Source: Callorhinchus milii (taxonomy: Eukaryota). Taken from it: a DNA stretch of 64,000 nucleotides. The notes beneath the pieces are model-generated. The model was given only the letters and a program-made list of their open reading frames with translations. It had not been told where the DNA came from and made no database searches. The stretch lies in NCBI RefSeq assembly GCF_018977255.1, contig NW_024704742.1, positions 7,132,001-7,196,000 of the forward strand, read 5' to 3'. The position numbers and the translations under genes are program-made. Below, one piece after another: positions 12,005-24,280 of the stretch (the stretch's first letter is position 1; the number at the start of each line of letters is the position of its first letter).

Positions 12005-12510
12005 GGTGTCAGCCTGGCTCGGTTGGTAGCACTCTCGCTTCTGAGTCAAAGGTTGTGGGTTCAAGCCTCACCTCAGCACACGCAGTCTAGGCTGACACTT
12101 CAATATAGTGCTGAGGAATGCTGCATTGTTAAAGGAACGTCCTTTGGATGAGGCGCTAAAGTAACCGTGGCACAGTTTGAAAAGAGAACTGAGCCAGCAA
12201 TCCCTCAGATAAAACTAATCATTCACCTCACGGCTGTTTGAGGGTAAAATTGGCTGCCACCCTCACCTATAAAATATACTTTTACATTGAATCCTGTGAA
12301 GAAGTTCTTTGAAATGTCTTCTGATATTAAAGGCGCTATATCAAATCCAGGGATGATTATTATTATTATGCAACGTCTGAGGATATTCAGAAATACTTGG
12401 CAGCATTTGCCTCAAAATACACAGTAAAACCATCTTACATTATATCACTTTGAGACACCTCAATGAAGTGATAAGGCACTATATCAAATGCAAGCATTAT
12501 TTATTATTAT
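12005..12510 (+). mobile_element. Older DeuSINE, near full length, followed by a second tail
   Basis: GGTGTCAGCCTGGCTCGGTTGGTAGCACTCTCGCTTCTGAGTCAAAGGTTGTGGGTTCAAGCC..GGCGCTATATCAAAT. Confidence 0.8.
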
Positions 12511-12734
12511 TTGAAGTGTAAGAAAGTACAATCTAATTAAAGGTTATTTAAACAGCTGCGTGAGATTGAGCTTCATATAGACCCATATGTGTAATTTAAT
12601 GCTCTGAGAGGCTAGTAGTTTGGTTTGGACCTGTGTTTGTGAGGATTGTGCTGAGAAATCTATTTACCACAATCCTCCCATGCAGGGAACTACCAAAAAG
12701 TAGTCTCCCAGAAACAGTGCCATGTATGGGTCTA

Positions 12735-12982
12735 CCCAGCAGTAAGTAGGAACCCAGTTATTAGTCGATTGGCGGATCGTTTTCTGGAGGTAATAATCCC
12801 TTAAAAAAAATAATTTGGTCACTCAGTCCATGATTGTTTGTGGGACGTTGCTGTGAGTAACTGACTGCCACGGCTCGCCCATAAAATACACAGTCACTAC
12901 ACTTTACGTATATCCTGTGAAGCACTTTGAGATCTCCTCCAACGTAAAAGATGCAATACTAAATGTGAGGATTATTATTATA
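12735..12982 (+). mobile_element. Young SINE long form, headless
   Basis: CCAGCAGTAAGTAGGAACCCAGTTATTAGTCGATTGGCGGATCG..GGATTATTATT. Confidence 0.8.
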
Positions 12983-13387
12983 TTTATCATTTGATCCCTG
13001 TTCCCTGCCCGATCCTCAATCCCTTGATACTCCCCTACAAAATCCAGTCACTGCACTCTATAATAAATCCTGTGAAGCTCTTTGAGACATCCAGTTGACA
13101 TGGAAGTTGACACTGTAACAAGGATTATTTATTTACTTTCTTCCTAAATAACCATCTGTCATCCTTTTAAACGTCAAAATAGATTTTGCCTCTTCAGTAT
13201 ACAGCAAGTCTTAAGAATGGTTTATTACATTAAGACTGAGCAGGAAGTACCAAGATATTAGTCATTAAAGGCAATGCATAAACACTCAATATTCTGACTT
13301 TACATTCTCAACATAAAACATTTACTTTCTAATATACCTACCCGGAGTGTTTACTACATTGCCTATATTTGTGATACTGTTATACAA

Positions 13388-13515
13388 TACAAAATTACAT
13401 TTGTATAACGTCTATCACATCGGGAGGACGCCCCAAGGCGCGGGACAGTCAGGGATTTGAACCCGAGCTGGGGGTCGGAATCGGGGAGGTTGGAGGGCAG
13501 GGAGAGTAGGAGGCT
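13388..13515 (-). mobile_element. L2 3' end
   Basis: ATTACATTTGTATAACGTC..TCGGGAGGACGCCCCAAGGCG. Confidence 0.75.
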
Positions 13516-14162
13516 TATTATAAAGATGTATACCCATCCATCACCTTATAAGGGTACACAACCCTGACATCTACCCCCAGGTAAAGTGTGAAGTTCTCCT
13601 TCCAGTGTGATTCCCAGAACTGATGTAAATAGAGGTATGCACTTTGAGTTGGGTTCCTGGTACACCACACCACACCTTGCTTGCATTTATAGGGCTTTGT
13701 TTTTGGTGACACGTAACAGTGAATGGTGAAGATGGATTACAGGAAAACAAGTAATGTTCTGCCAAGTAATTGTTGCTGAGGGGCTTGAGGCTAATCCAGA
13801 GTGTCCTTATAAAACACTGATAGCTCTTTTAGTTAGAGGCACCAGGAGATGACGATAGTTTTATGAAGCAGGAATGAAGAAAACTGACATTCCATGTCTA
13901 CAGGTAATTTCGCAACTCCATCAGTTGCAACTTACACAAAGTGGCTTCTACATCAAATTAATGTTCAAAAGCGTAGCACAATCGAGATTTACAAGACGTT
14001 AGTTAGGAACAGGATCATTAAGGAGGAACATTTTCAGTATAAACAAGCGCAAATTCTAAATGCGTGTAACCATGCCAAATATTTCCAAATAAATCAAGAA
14101 CTGGCACACGTTGTCAGGAAAGGTGGTAGAGGTCAGGACACTGGACTTATTTAGAAAGCAGC

Positions 14163-14534
14163 TTAATACCGATGCTGTGCTGGGAGAACGGGTGAGAGAG
14201 TATTCTGGATGATGAGATCTGAAGGACTTTCTTCATCCGAACCAAACTTGTGTGACATAAAATGGCAGTGGGATGTGTGAAATACTTTCAGAATATGACT
14301 ACCTTTCTGTTTGCATTCTATCACCACTATAAAGACGAAAACACAACAGTAACAAATTTCGAACGATATACTGAAAGCAGACTGGATGATCAAAACACCA
14401 GCAGTGTGATATCCTCTGGGGACAGATGATATCTTTTGGTGCAAGTTGCTCTTTGCATTACTCCAAATAAAGCCACCCAGGTTTCCCATTCCACAAATTG
14501 CTGCACTGAACAGCGTAAAAAGAATTATGAAAGG
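14163..14534 (-). CDS. Candidate terminal coding exon of a multi-pass membrane protein (two hydrophobic helices, CD20/MS4A-like spacing)
   Basis: Pyrimidine-rich acceptor ..CCCTTTCCCCCTACAAATCTGATTTTAG, then 123 open codons PFIILFTLFSAAICGMGNLGGFIW..AGVLIIQSAFSISFEICYCCVFVFIVVIECK..RY* in non-repetitive sequence. Confidence 0.35.
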   Translation of the reverse strand, partial: PFIILFTLFSAAICGMGNLGGFIWSNAKSNLHQKISSVPRGYHTAGVLIIQSAFSISFEICYCCVFVFIVVIECKQKGSHILKVFHTSHCHFMSHKFGSDEESPSDLIIQNTLSPVLPAQHRY

Positions 14535-14784
14535 CTAAAATCAGATTTGTAGGGGGAAAGGGATACAAAAAATACTTCACAATTTCTTTAGATTTCAAGA
14601 TGCTGCTGCTCCTTTGAAAAATAACCTCCGCATAATTCTGTTTTAATGTTTGGCATCATTTCTGCACAAACAATAGTGGTGTGACAACGTGATGATGTAA
14701 GTTACTAAGTTCCTGCTGGATCTTTTCCCCTATCGTCAGCTCAGCTGTGGCTAGACCGCTCCATACCGTGTCCCATTGCCATTC

Positions 14785-15158
14785 GGAGTCCTGTACTGTA
14801 ATGGTTAGAGCACTTCCCTCGCAAGTGAGAGGACCTGGGTTCAATTCCTGGCAGGGCAAAACTTTAGGCAAGTATCCTTACTCCACACACCTCTGTTCAC
14901 CTATGTATGTAGGAAACTGGTTGTTAGTCGATTGGTAGATCTCTTTCCATGGAGTAATAATCCCTTAAAAAAATTAAAAAATGGTCATTCAATCCATGAC
15001 TGCTTGTGGGACGCTGATGTGTGCATTTGGCTGCCGTGTTTAGCCCATGAAATATACAGTCAATTCACTTTACAGTATGTTCTGTGAAGTGCTTTAAGAC
15101 ACTTCAATGATGTGATAATACCACCTTATCCATATATCAAATGTAAGGATTATTAATA
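14785..15158 (+). mobile_element. Young SINE long form
   Basis: GGAGTCCTGTA..GGGTTCAATTCCTGGCAGGG..tail. Confidence 0.88.
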
Positions 15159-15262
15159 GTAGCAGTATCCAAATCCCTGACTGTCCAGTACCTTGGGATG
15201 TCCTCCGAATGTGAAAGGCGTTATACAAATGTGATTTTGTAGATTTTATTATTATTATTATT

Positions 15263-15600
15263 ATGAGTCCTGTAGCTCAGTGGTTAGAGCACTTGGCTCG
15301 CAAGCGAGAGACCTGGGTTTGTTTCCCGGCAGGGCGAAACCTTGGCCAAGTTTCGTTACTCCACACTCCTGATAACGCCTGATAATAATCCCTCAAGAAA
15401 ACAATAAAATTGGTCACTTCATTCCACGACTGTTGGTGGGACGCTGCTGTGAGCAATTGGCTGCCGCATTTTTCCCAACAAATATACGGTCAATTCACTT
15501 TACAGTAAATTCTGTGAAGCGCTTTGAGACGTCGAGAAGACACGAAAAAGCGCTAGATCAAACGCAAGGATTATTATTGTCATTATTATTATTATTATGA
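15263..15600 (+). mobile_element. Young SINE, short (central module deleted) form
   Basis: Head joined directly by ACTCCACAC..CCTGATAATAATCCCTC to ATTGGTCAC. Confidence 0.88.
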
Positions 15601-17295
15601 TGTGCAACATGGGAGTTTAAGTCCCTACTAGCCTTTCGGATTAAGTATCGCAGTAGCGTCATAGTCTCTGAGTGAGAGACCTGGGCTCCACGAGAACAAG
15701 CACAGGCACAAATGGCAGGCGCTGCGGGAAAGTAACAGCTTGACAGCCTGCTCAGATTTGCTGCCGAATCCCAGCAATTTCGAGAGGGTTTTTGCATTCC
15801 CATTTCCTTGCAGAGACCTTTCTCTCCAAGGGTCGCAAGCAACAGCCGGCTCTGAGCCCAGCACAAAGGATCCGTGACATGAAATGACATTGGAACAAAT
15901 TAAAACCTCCACCCCTACAGGTAAAATTGCTGCTTTTACGCAGTTTGAGCGCTGCTACACTGACAGATGAATCAGCCTTTAACGATGGCTCCGTCCAACT
16001 GGGAAGCTGATGAGAAGGGTAGGGGGAGGGGTAAAGGCATGCGAGGAGATGCACTCTAATGCTGACGGCCTTTTGTGTGCTGTTTTACAACAGGCTTGGA
16101 ATCCAGGTGTTTGCTGCGCAATGAGCAACTATCTCTGAACCTAAAGTGTAGGGAGTTACTTGTGCCCACGTGTGTGTCTGCGTGTGTTTTATCTCACGTA
16201 CTTTTCTCGGTTTGAAAGGTAACTCCAGCTCTCGCTGTGTGCTCCGGTACTATCATCTATCAGAGCTCCTTTAAAATAGTTATTAAAAGTAAATTGACTC
16301 AACGCAGAAATGGCACATCAGGGTTCCCGAGAGACATGAATTATAGATGCCAGGAAAGAACCCAAGTGACGTGCACGACAGTGTGTCTGCAGAGTCTGCT
16401 TCTGCATGACTGAACATTGACATTTACAGAAGACAGAATCTATAAATGAGGAAATCCCAGAGAGTCCCTTTCCCCACAACCCCCACCACCCCCTCCAACC
16501 ACCATTCGGTGTCTCATGTCTGTGCTCCACTAGCGTGTCATATTTTTTTCCCCCCCAACAGGAAATCTGTTTACTTAACTAAATAGAATCGCCAGTGTTG
16601 GGTTAAAGTACCCTCGGCTACACGATCTATTTGTGGCCTGATCAACATGCATCTCACAGAGCCGGTGCAGGATGTTTATGATAAGTATAGATCTGTAAGA
16701 GGACAAGCTGCCACCAGTGTCATTGACAGCGCTGTCCTTTGAACCAATGAGATACCCTTGAGGGAACAACCTGTCAGTTCCTAAAGGTTGCTTGCAGATA
16801 TTTATTCCTCATTTCTGGTTTCTGTGGCTACCGGGGCTGAACGCACTGTAATAGAGATCATGCAGCGAACATTTGCTTTGTCAAGAATGAATGAATTTTT
16901 TTCCCCTGCCGTAATTACTGTACAGCGGAGAAAGCTACAGGAGGCCGGTATAGAAAATGTAGCAATTTGGATTCTTTGTTCAATAATTTGATCCATTAGA
17001 GCAGTCGGCTGAAAAAAGCAGGGGGGCACTCATCCTCCTGAAATAGGAATAAAGAATAGTGCCCCCCTCAGATATAATTGATAACATTCTGAGACTTCCT
17101 CCCAAAGTGAAAGTTGCTCTAATAACATCAACAATAATCATCCATACATTTGGTAAAGCTCCTTTCACATCAGGACGACGTCCCAAAGCGCTTTACAGGA
17201 TATACTATAAAGTGCAGTGCGCTTTGTGGACGAGCGTGGCGGCCAATTAATGCACAGCAGTGTCCCACAAACAGCCACGATCAATGATCAATAAT

Positions 17296-17960
17296 GATGA
17301 TAATAATCCTTGCATTTGATATCGCGCCTATCACGTCTTTGAGACGCCTCAAAGCGCTTCACAGAATATACTGTAAAGTGAATTGACTGAATATTGTGTG
17401 GGCGAAATGCGACAACCAATTGCGCACAGCGGTGTCCCACAAACAGTCATGGACTGTAGTGACCAATTTTTTTTTGAAGGAATTATTACCCCCGGAAAAG
17501 TGATCCGCCCATCAACTGTGGAGCGCTGTAGCTCAGTGGTTGGAACACTCACCTTGCAAGCGGGACACCTGTGTTCAATTCCAGGCAGAGGGCGAACCCT
17601 TGGGCAAGTTTCCTTACTCCACGCGCCTAATAATAATGACTCCAAAAACAAAAATAAATTGGTCATTTTCAATCCACGACTGTTTGTGGGACACTGCTGT
17701 GCACAATTGGCTGCCGCGTTTCGCCCACAAATACACGGTCAATTCACTTTAAAGCATATTCTGTGAAGCGCTTTGAGACATTGAGAATACGTGAAAAGCG
17801 CGATATCAAATGCAAGGATTATTATTAACTAAGAATCGGGTTCCTACCGACTGCTAGGTAAAAAGAGGAGTGTGGAGTAAAGAAACTTGCCCAACATTTC
17901 ACCCTGCCAAGAATCGAATCCAGATCTCTCGCTCGCGAGTCGAGTGCTCTAACCACTGAA
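17296..17960 (-). mobile_element. Young SINE long form, split by a nested plus-strand SINE
   Basis: Tail and middle at 17296-17513; remainder and head at 17829-17960. Confidence 0.85.
17516..17826 (+). mobile_element. Young SINE short form (nested)
   Basis: TGTGGAGCGCTGTAGCTCAG..CAGAGGGCGAACC..CCTAATAATAAT..tail. Confidence 0.9.
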
Positions 17961-18139
17961 TGTAATCAATATAAACATAACGCCTTTCACACAGCCCTCT
18001 GAGACATTGTTCTGTGTGAAGGTGAAACGTGAATACATTGTATTGTATTCTATGATAGAAAACGCCATACATTTAGAAAAGAAAGCCCAGCTTTATAGAC
18101 TTGTGTTTTCCTGTTTTCTTAACAGTATCACCGCAATGA

Positions 18140-18252
18140 TTTTGCCCACAAAATATACAGTCAATTCACTTTACAGTATATTCTGTGAAGCGCTTTGAGA
18201 CGTCTCGAAGACGTGATAAGGCACTTTAGCGAATGCGAGGATTATTATTACT
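18140..18252 (+). mobile_element. Young SINE 3' fragment
   Basis: TTTGCCCACAAAATATACAGTCAATTCAC..GACGTGATAAGGC. Confidence 0.85.
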
Positions 18253-19593
18253 AATGATCACGATTCTTCCTCCGGGAGAATGAGTTGATCTGATATGTGT
18301 ATCTGAATGGAACCTTCTCTTACAATGAGTGCAGGACATTCACGAAGCTTCCTCCAAAGTGGTGTCCAACACAGACTGTGAATTCACCACAATGAAAGTT
18401 TTGGCAACAATGAGAAACAGACTTCCTGTAACATTCCTTATTAAGGAGCCTTTTCCTGCACGGTTCGAAATCTGACCATTTTGTCTCTTCTTTTTTCTCG
18501 TCCCACATCCCTCGTCTCATCCAAGAACACATTTTGGGTTATGCTGTAACTATTGGTGCCTACAGAGATTTGCATCCCATTCACGGGCACTATTATCCTA
18601 CACTTCATATTTCAGTATTATTCAAAACACAGTCCAGAAGGTGTTCTTTGCAACTCTAAACTTATGTCCTGTTCTACTGTCTTGCACCAAAAAGGTTTAT
18701 TTTCTCAATCCCATTTAAAATTTTCTACACCATTATAAAGTCCTCTCTGGCCAGCTATTGAATCTTATAATAAAAAAAACTTGCATTTGATATAGTGCCT
18801 CATCACATCGTGTAGAGACGTCTCAAAGCATTTCACAGGATTTATTTATGCCAGAATAATTCCTGGGGAAAGGTCTCGACATCACCAGAACCCAGCTCTT
18901 ATCAGGTGTATTTGTAATATGTCACCTACAGTGATGACATACCATAGGGAATGTAGGGGAAACCTTTCGCATCGTGTTCCAACAACCTTTTAGTCCGTGC
19001 TATTTCACAAAATGATCCTCCAAGAAGGACATTACAATGTTTTATGGTAACATGTTGAAATTTCAAATTGTATTGGACCTTAAAAGAGCAGGGAAATTAG
19101 TTATTAGGATGATTTATCACCCTTTCCGCCAAGAGGGAAGCGTGCAATTCAAGGAACCTTTTCCTTTTTATTGGATCTGGCTGACCTTTGACTTTTCAAT
19201 GGATTATCTTTACTGCCAGATCTCTTTCTTTCTCTGTCAAGCAGGATAAAGGTAGTTAGTTACCCAGTACCTCGGGCTTTAATTAGTACATTTTATTTTC
19301 CCTCCGATTTTCTCCTCCCATCAAGTTGCTGATTTTCTAGGTATTTTGGATTAAATTAAATTAATGCAGCAAAGGAGCAAGCTAAACTGATAACAAAAAG
19401 ATTGATAGTGCGAGCAATTGTCATCAACTCCACTATTTATCACCAGATCAACAGCGAGAAATGTTACGTTTTATAAAACTAAAAACATAGAAATGAAGGC
19501 AACGGAATATATTTCTTTGTTCCTTTGTTTTGATTTCCTTTCTGCACCACCTGTTATTTTTTTGAACAAAGTTGTTATTCTCTCTCTTCATAG

Positions 19594-19683
19594 GTTCTTG
19601 CACACCAAAGCACGTTCTCTGGTCAATGAGGACAACTCGTCCCTGGTTTCTGGTCAGGTTGCTCTGAAGCTGGGTTCTGAAAG
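19594..19683 (+). other. Possible 90-nt internal exon
   Basis: Long pyrimidine tract TCTCTCTTCATAG| and donor AAG|GTAAAT; one open frame (FLHTKARSLVNEDNSSLVSGQVALKLGSE); no recognised homology. Confidence 0.25.
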
Positions 19684-19986
19684 GTAAATAATAGTGTCAT
19701 TGGCCAGTCTGCTCTCCCACCCTCAGGGAAAGTCCATGTCTGTGACTGGCACATGCCTTAGGCAGCCTGGTTGAGAAAGAACAATTAATTTGGAAGAATT
19801 ATGCCTGAGAACCTGCCTCAATGTACCTGTCACGTTGAGTCAGTGAACTGACTCACACCCTATCACTGGGCAAATTCTCTTTCAGGAATGTAAAACTACT
19901 TCACAATGCTGCTGCATGTGTCTACTGCTCTTTTAATGCACAGTAATCCAAATGCATGATTATTATTATTATTATAATACATCAAT

Positions 19987-20358
19987 TGTGGAGTCCTGTA
20001 GCTCAATGGTTAGAGCGCTCGCCTCGCAAGCGAAAGGACCTGGGTTTGATTCCCGTGCGGAGCTGAACGGTGGGCAGTTTTCTTACTCCACACGTTTCTG
20101 TTTACGTTGCGGTAAGTAGGAACCCGGTTGTTAGTTGATTAGTGGATTGCTTTTCCGGGGGCAATAATTCCTTAAAAAAAATCACTCAATTCACGACTGT
20201 TTGTGGGACACTGCTGTGCGCAATTAGCTGCTAAGTTTCACCCACAAAACATATGGTCAATTAACTTCACAGTATATTCTGTGATGTGCTTTAAGACGTC
20301 TTGAAGACGTGATAAGCCGCTAAATCAAATAGAAGAAGGATTATTGTTATATTATTAT
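19987..20358 (+). mobile_element. Young SINE long form, full length
   Basis: TGTGGAGTCCTGTAGCTCAATGGTTAGAGCGCTCGCCTCGCAAGCG..tail. Confidence 0.9.
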
Positions 20359-21169
20359 AAAATCACTTATATCATTTTTGTATTTTAAGTAAATAAACCA
20401 TTCTTCAAAATACTCTTGCGGTAAATCCTGTGAAGTGTTTTAAGGCTGTTGCTCAATATGAAAGGTGCTATATCAAACATCCATTATTATATTATGACAG
20501 TAATATTATTCTTTGCTGAGGGGCTGAGCATCCAGGTTGTTGACTGTACCACTCTTCAACCAGCCACTAGGAGGTGTATGAGAATACATTGTCAGGGACC
20601 CTCCTTTCTCTCTCGCTCTTTCTCTCTGTTTTTGACAAGACACAATGAGCTCAAGTATATGCTGAAATTTTAAACAAGATTATTCCATTATACGTCTTTA
20701 GAATGAGATTTCCCAACGTGAATGGTTATTGATCACTCTGAGTGTATGACAAACCTCAGTGTGGAGATTCAATATGGAGATTAAAATTAGTAATTTAGCC
20801 ATGACCAGCAAGTTCTCCCCTTTGTAAATTATTTAGCATTATTATTATTACTTCAGACCCTGGCAACCTATTTGCTAAGCATATTGTTTGCTATTATTTT
20901 GCTTTGTGTGTGGTGTTCAGGATAATACATTCAGTTTTTGCATTGCGAATGCTCCTGCAAAATAAAGAACACAGACAAAGCTAAGCTACCGACAACAACA
21001 AAATTACATTTTTAAAGCGACGCGTCCTTCCACAGGTGTCCTCCCAGATGAGTAGAGGTAAAGATGAAATATCTGTCTGTGTCTGTCTGTGTGTCAATCT
21101 ACATTCCATATAAAATCCTTTGGTTGCGAGCACAGCAGCAACGGGTAAGCTAATAAGAAAGACTCATAT

Positions 21170-21310
21170 CCAACTCAACCGAGCCCAATACTGTTTGAAA
21201 CCCAACATTCGCACACGTGCATTATCCAGTGGGGCAATGATTCGGATTGAGGACATTGGTGTTTCTCCCCCTTGCTTTTCCATAAGATGCTGAGACCAAC
21301 TGCAGGGCTC
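21170..21310. mobile_element. Ancient dispersed repeat fragment (related pieces at 26210-26280 inverted, possibly 11620-11740)
   Basis: TAAGATGCTGAGACCAACTG at about 21283 matches the reverse complement of CAGTTGGTCTCAGCATCTTA at about 26237. Confidence 0.5.
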
Positions 21311-21552
21311 TTTTCAATCTTGGAAAATAATAATCCTAGCCGCCGGTCTCAAAGGAAACAAGACTACAAAGCCATCAAGTTACATCCGTTACCACATTGG
21401 ATGCATTTTGAGGCTGCATTGTTTCAGGTGGGCTGCCTCTGCATGTACTTTGCATAACATAATAGAGTGTTTGGTAAATGGGCTTCCTTTAGGGAGTTTT
21501 ATTTTAGTCAGGAAATAGAAATCAACCAGCAGCACAATGATGCTTTCACATA

Positions 21553-21670
21553 ATTTCGCCCACAAAATATACCGTCAGTTCACTTTACAGCATATTCTGT
21601 GAAGCGCTTTGAGACGTCTCGAAGACGTAATAAGACGCTGTATCAAATGCAAGGATTATTTATTATTATG
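21553..21670 (+). mobile_element. Young SINE 3' fragment
   Basis: Tail consensus. Confidence 0.85.
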
Positions 21671-22629
21671 TCTTCATTTAATGCGCTCGCAAAATAGGTA
21701 CTGGAATGCAGAGCTCACTTGAGAACCTGGTTACTAGGCTCAAGTCAGCCTGGTCCGGCCAGAGAAACCATCCCTTCACCTGACCTGCCCCGGTAAGGTT
21801 CACGTTGAAAGACTCTTGAGAAATAATTTTGAGGAAAAATTGAAACTGCTATTTTAAGACAGGAAGGGAGGAGTGGGGGTGGGGGGGACAGGAGTGGGGG
21901 GAATAAGTTCGACTGAAGATAGAGGCAGCAGGCGATGACAAAGAAAACACTTGTCAGGATGTGACGACGTCACCTCTTCGCATTGCCTCCTGCATTGATT
22001 TAGAATTTTAACATCTTGTCATAAAGCTTTGTTAAAATCAGAAAACATCCAGTCATTTTTTTCTTCTACTCTTTNAAAATCAATATCCCTGTTTATGTTT
22101 GCACGTTTTGTGCTCTCGGGTAGCTGCCTCTTTTTATTAAAAGTTCATTTCCTCTATTTCCTTCCCTTTTCCTGCTTCAGAGGGGACAGTTTTTCATGGA
22201 GAAAAAATGTTCTCCACTGAGAACATTTGTTATTCGTCAAACCTTTTAATGCTGTCCTTGCTTTTAGTCAGATAATTCTGACAACTCTCTCCTTTGCAGT
22301 CTCCGCTTGCTTTGATCATCAGTCATTTTGATTTCATCTTTATTCAGCTCAAATTACTGCTTATTGTTTTGGAATTCCTTTCAATTTTTTTATTGCTCTC
22401 AGTCTTACTTTTCATGGACGCTTAGTTCAATCTGAGCACCCGGCATTTGCACTCTTTATTTCTGAAGGAACTTTATATTTTGTAGCAATTCAGAAGAGAT
22501 TTCCTTTATTCTACTGAATCCTCTATCAATTAGCTGAACACAATTCTTGGGGCCCATATTCTGGGTTTCATACTGATTGGTTCACTCAGCCCTCAAACCT
22601 TTTAAGCTAAATAAGATGAACAGTAATAA

Positions 22630-22945
22630 TACTAACTTTTACATTTGGTGTAGCATCTTTGACATCGGGAGGATATCTCAAATTGCTTCACAAGATTCTG
22701 GGTAAAATGCATTTTTTATCAATACTACCGTATTTGTAGGTGAATGCAGCAACCAATTTGTACACAGCAATGTCCCACAGATGATCATGAAGTGAACGGG
22801 CAACTTTATCTCAGGAATACTTGGCCAGGAAACAGGTGAAACTTATTTTGAATAGTGCCATGGGATCTTTAACGTCCACCTGAATAGGCAGACATAACCT
22901 TTGTTTAACATCTCATCCAAAGGATGCACCTCTGACAATGCAGGA
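22630..22945 (-). mobile_element. Older DeuSINE 3' two-thirds
   Basis: GAATAGTGCCATGGGATCTTTAACGTCCACCTGAATAGGCAG. Confidence 0.8.
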
Positions 22946-23939
22946 CATACGATAAAGCATCTTTGTATAGTGCATTTTACATTGGGAGGATGTCTCAAAG
23001 TAGTTCAACCAAGTTGGCTGGGAGCCAGAAATAAAACAATTATATAGTATCTCATAAGTGAATTTCAGACTTTACCCTAAGACAAGTATCCAATAAGTGT
23101 CTGTCAGCAGTTGCATTACTACCTACTACAATCTCAGTAAAGCAAATACAATTCCTATGAACTATATTGGTAAGTTACTGTATTCTATATAAGGTGTCAG
23201 ACAGTTGAACATAGATTGATCTGATCAAACTAACCAGATTGAAGAATACTTAGATTTGGGGCCCTTTAGCTCCAGACCAAAAACTTCCTTTTAATGAATG
23301 TTGCTGATCACTTATTGCCCACTGCAGTGGTAATAGGGTGCAAACCTTAGCTTCACGAAAGGTGAACACTGGGTACAATTCAACGCAGAAGAAATCATTA
23401 ACATGATTCACAAGTCTGTACATAAATGGAAAGGATGAAATGTTCTGTCCTTTAAATTTGCCTTTGCCCTCTGAGCATTGCGTTTCATTTTTAATGTCAA
23501 GACTTTATGTTGTTCCCTGTGCTTTGTGCTCTTGCTGCAGTCCTGAATATATCACATTGATCGTATTTGCCACTCCTCTGCGTGTTTGGACACCTATTTA
23601 TTTTTGGTGACTGACTCATAACATTTACTGTAAATTTGGTTCATTGCTGTTCATCGCCCAATGTAGATCTCCAACTAGATTATTAAGCCTTCCTCTTCTC
23701 CCCAAAGTTAGATCTTGACCATTCATTAGTGGTAATAGCTGCTCGTAATGTGACAAGATAACCTCACAACTAGAACCAACATTAACAAACAAATGAAAGC
23801 TAATGGGGATGAGTGTGGAAATATTACTTGCAGTTCCAAGTTCATTTTGGACTTGTTTCTACATGAGTAAAGAAACACGCCCCAAACCAACGGGCAATCA
23901 CATACAGTAAATCTCAGGAATATACAAATCAGCAATCCT

Positions 23940-24280
23940 TGTGGAGTCCTGTAGCTTAGAGGTGAGATCACTTGCCTTGCAAGTGAAAGGAGCCAGTGAG
24001 ATTCCCAGGCAGGACAAAACCTTAGGCAAGTTTCCTTTCTCAACACGCCTCTGTTTACCTAGCAGTTAGTAGGAACTTGGTCGTTAGTTAATCGGTGAAT
24101 CGCTTTTCCATGTGTAATAATCCCTTCAAAATAAATAAAGAAAAATAATTGGGTCACTCAATCCATGACTGTGTACGGGACACCACTGTATGCAATTAGC
24201 CACCACATTTCACTTTATAGTATGTTCTGTGAAGCATTTTGAAACGTCACAATTACGTGATAAGGCACTATATTAAATAC
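23940..24280 (+). mobile_element. Young SINE long form, diverged
   Basis: TGTGGAGTCCTGTAGCTT..CCTCTGTTTACCTAGCAGTTAGTAGGAAC..tail. Confidence 0.85.

Noticed and set aside
16728..16738. GCGCTGTCC as a REST site
   Set aside because: Only a half-site; the GGTGCTGA half is absent.
16575..17029. Minus-strand acceptor-led ORFs as upstream exons of the 14.5-kb candidate
   Set aside because: No transmembrane character, weak donors and no homology recognised.
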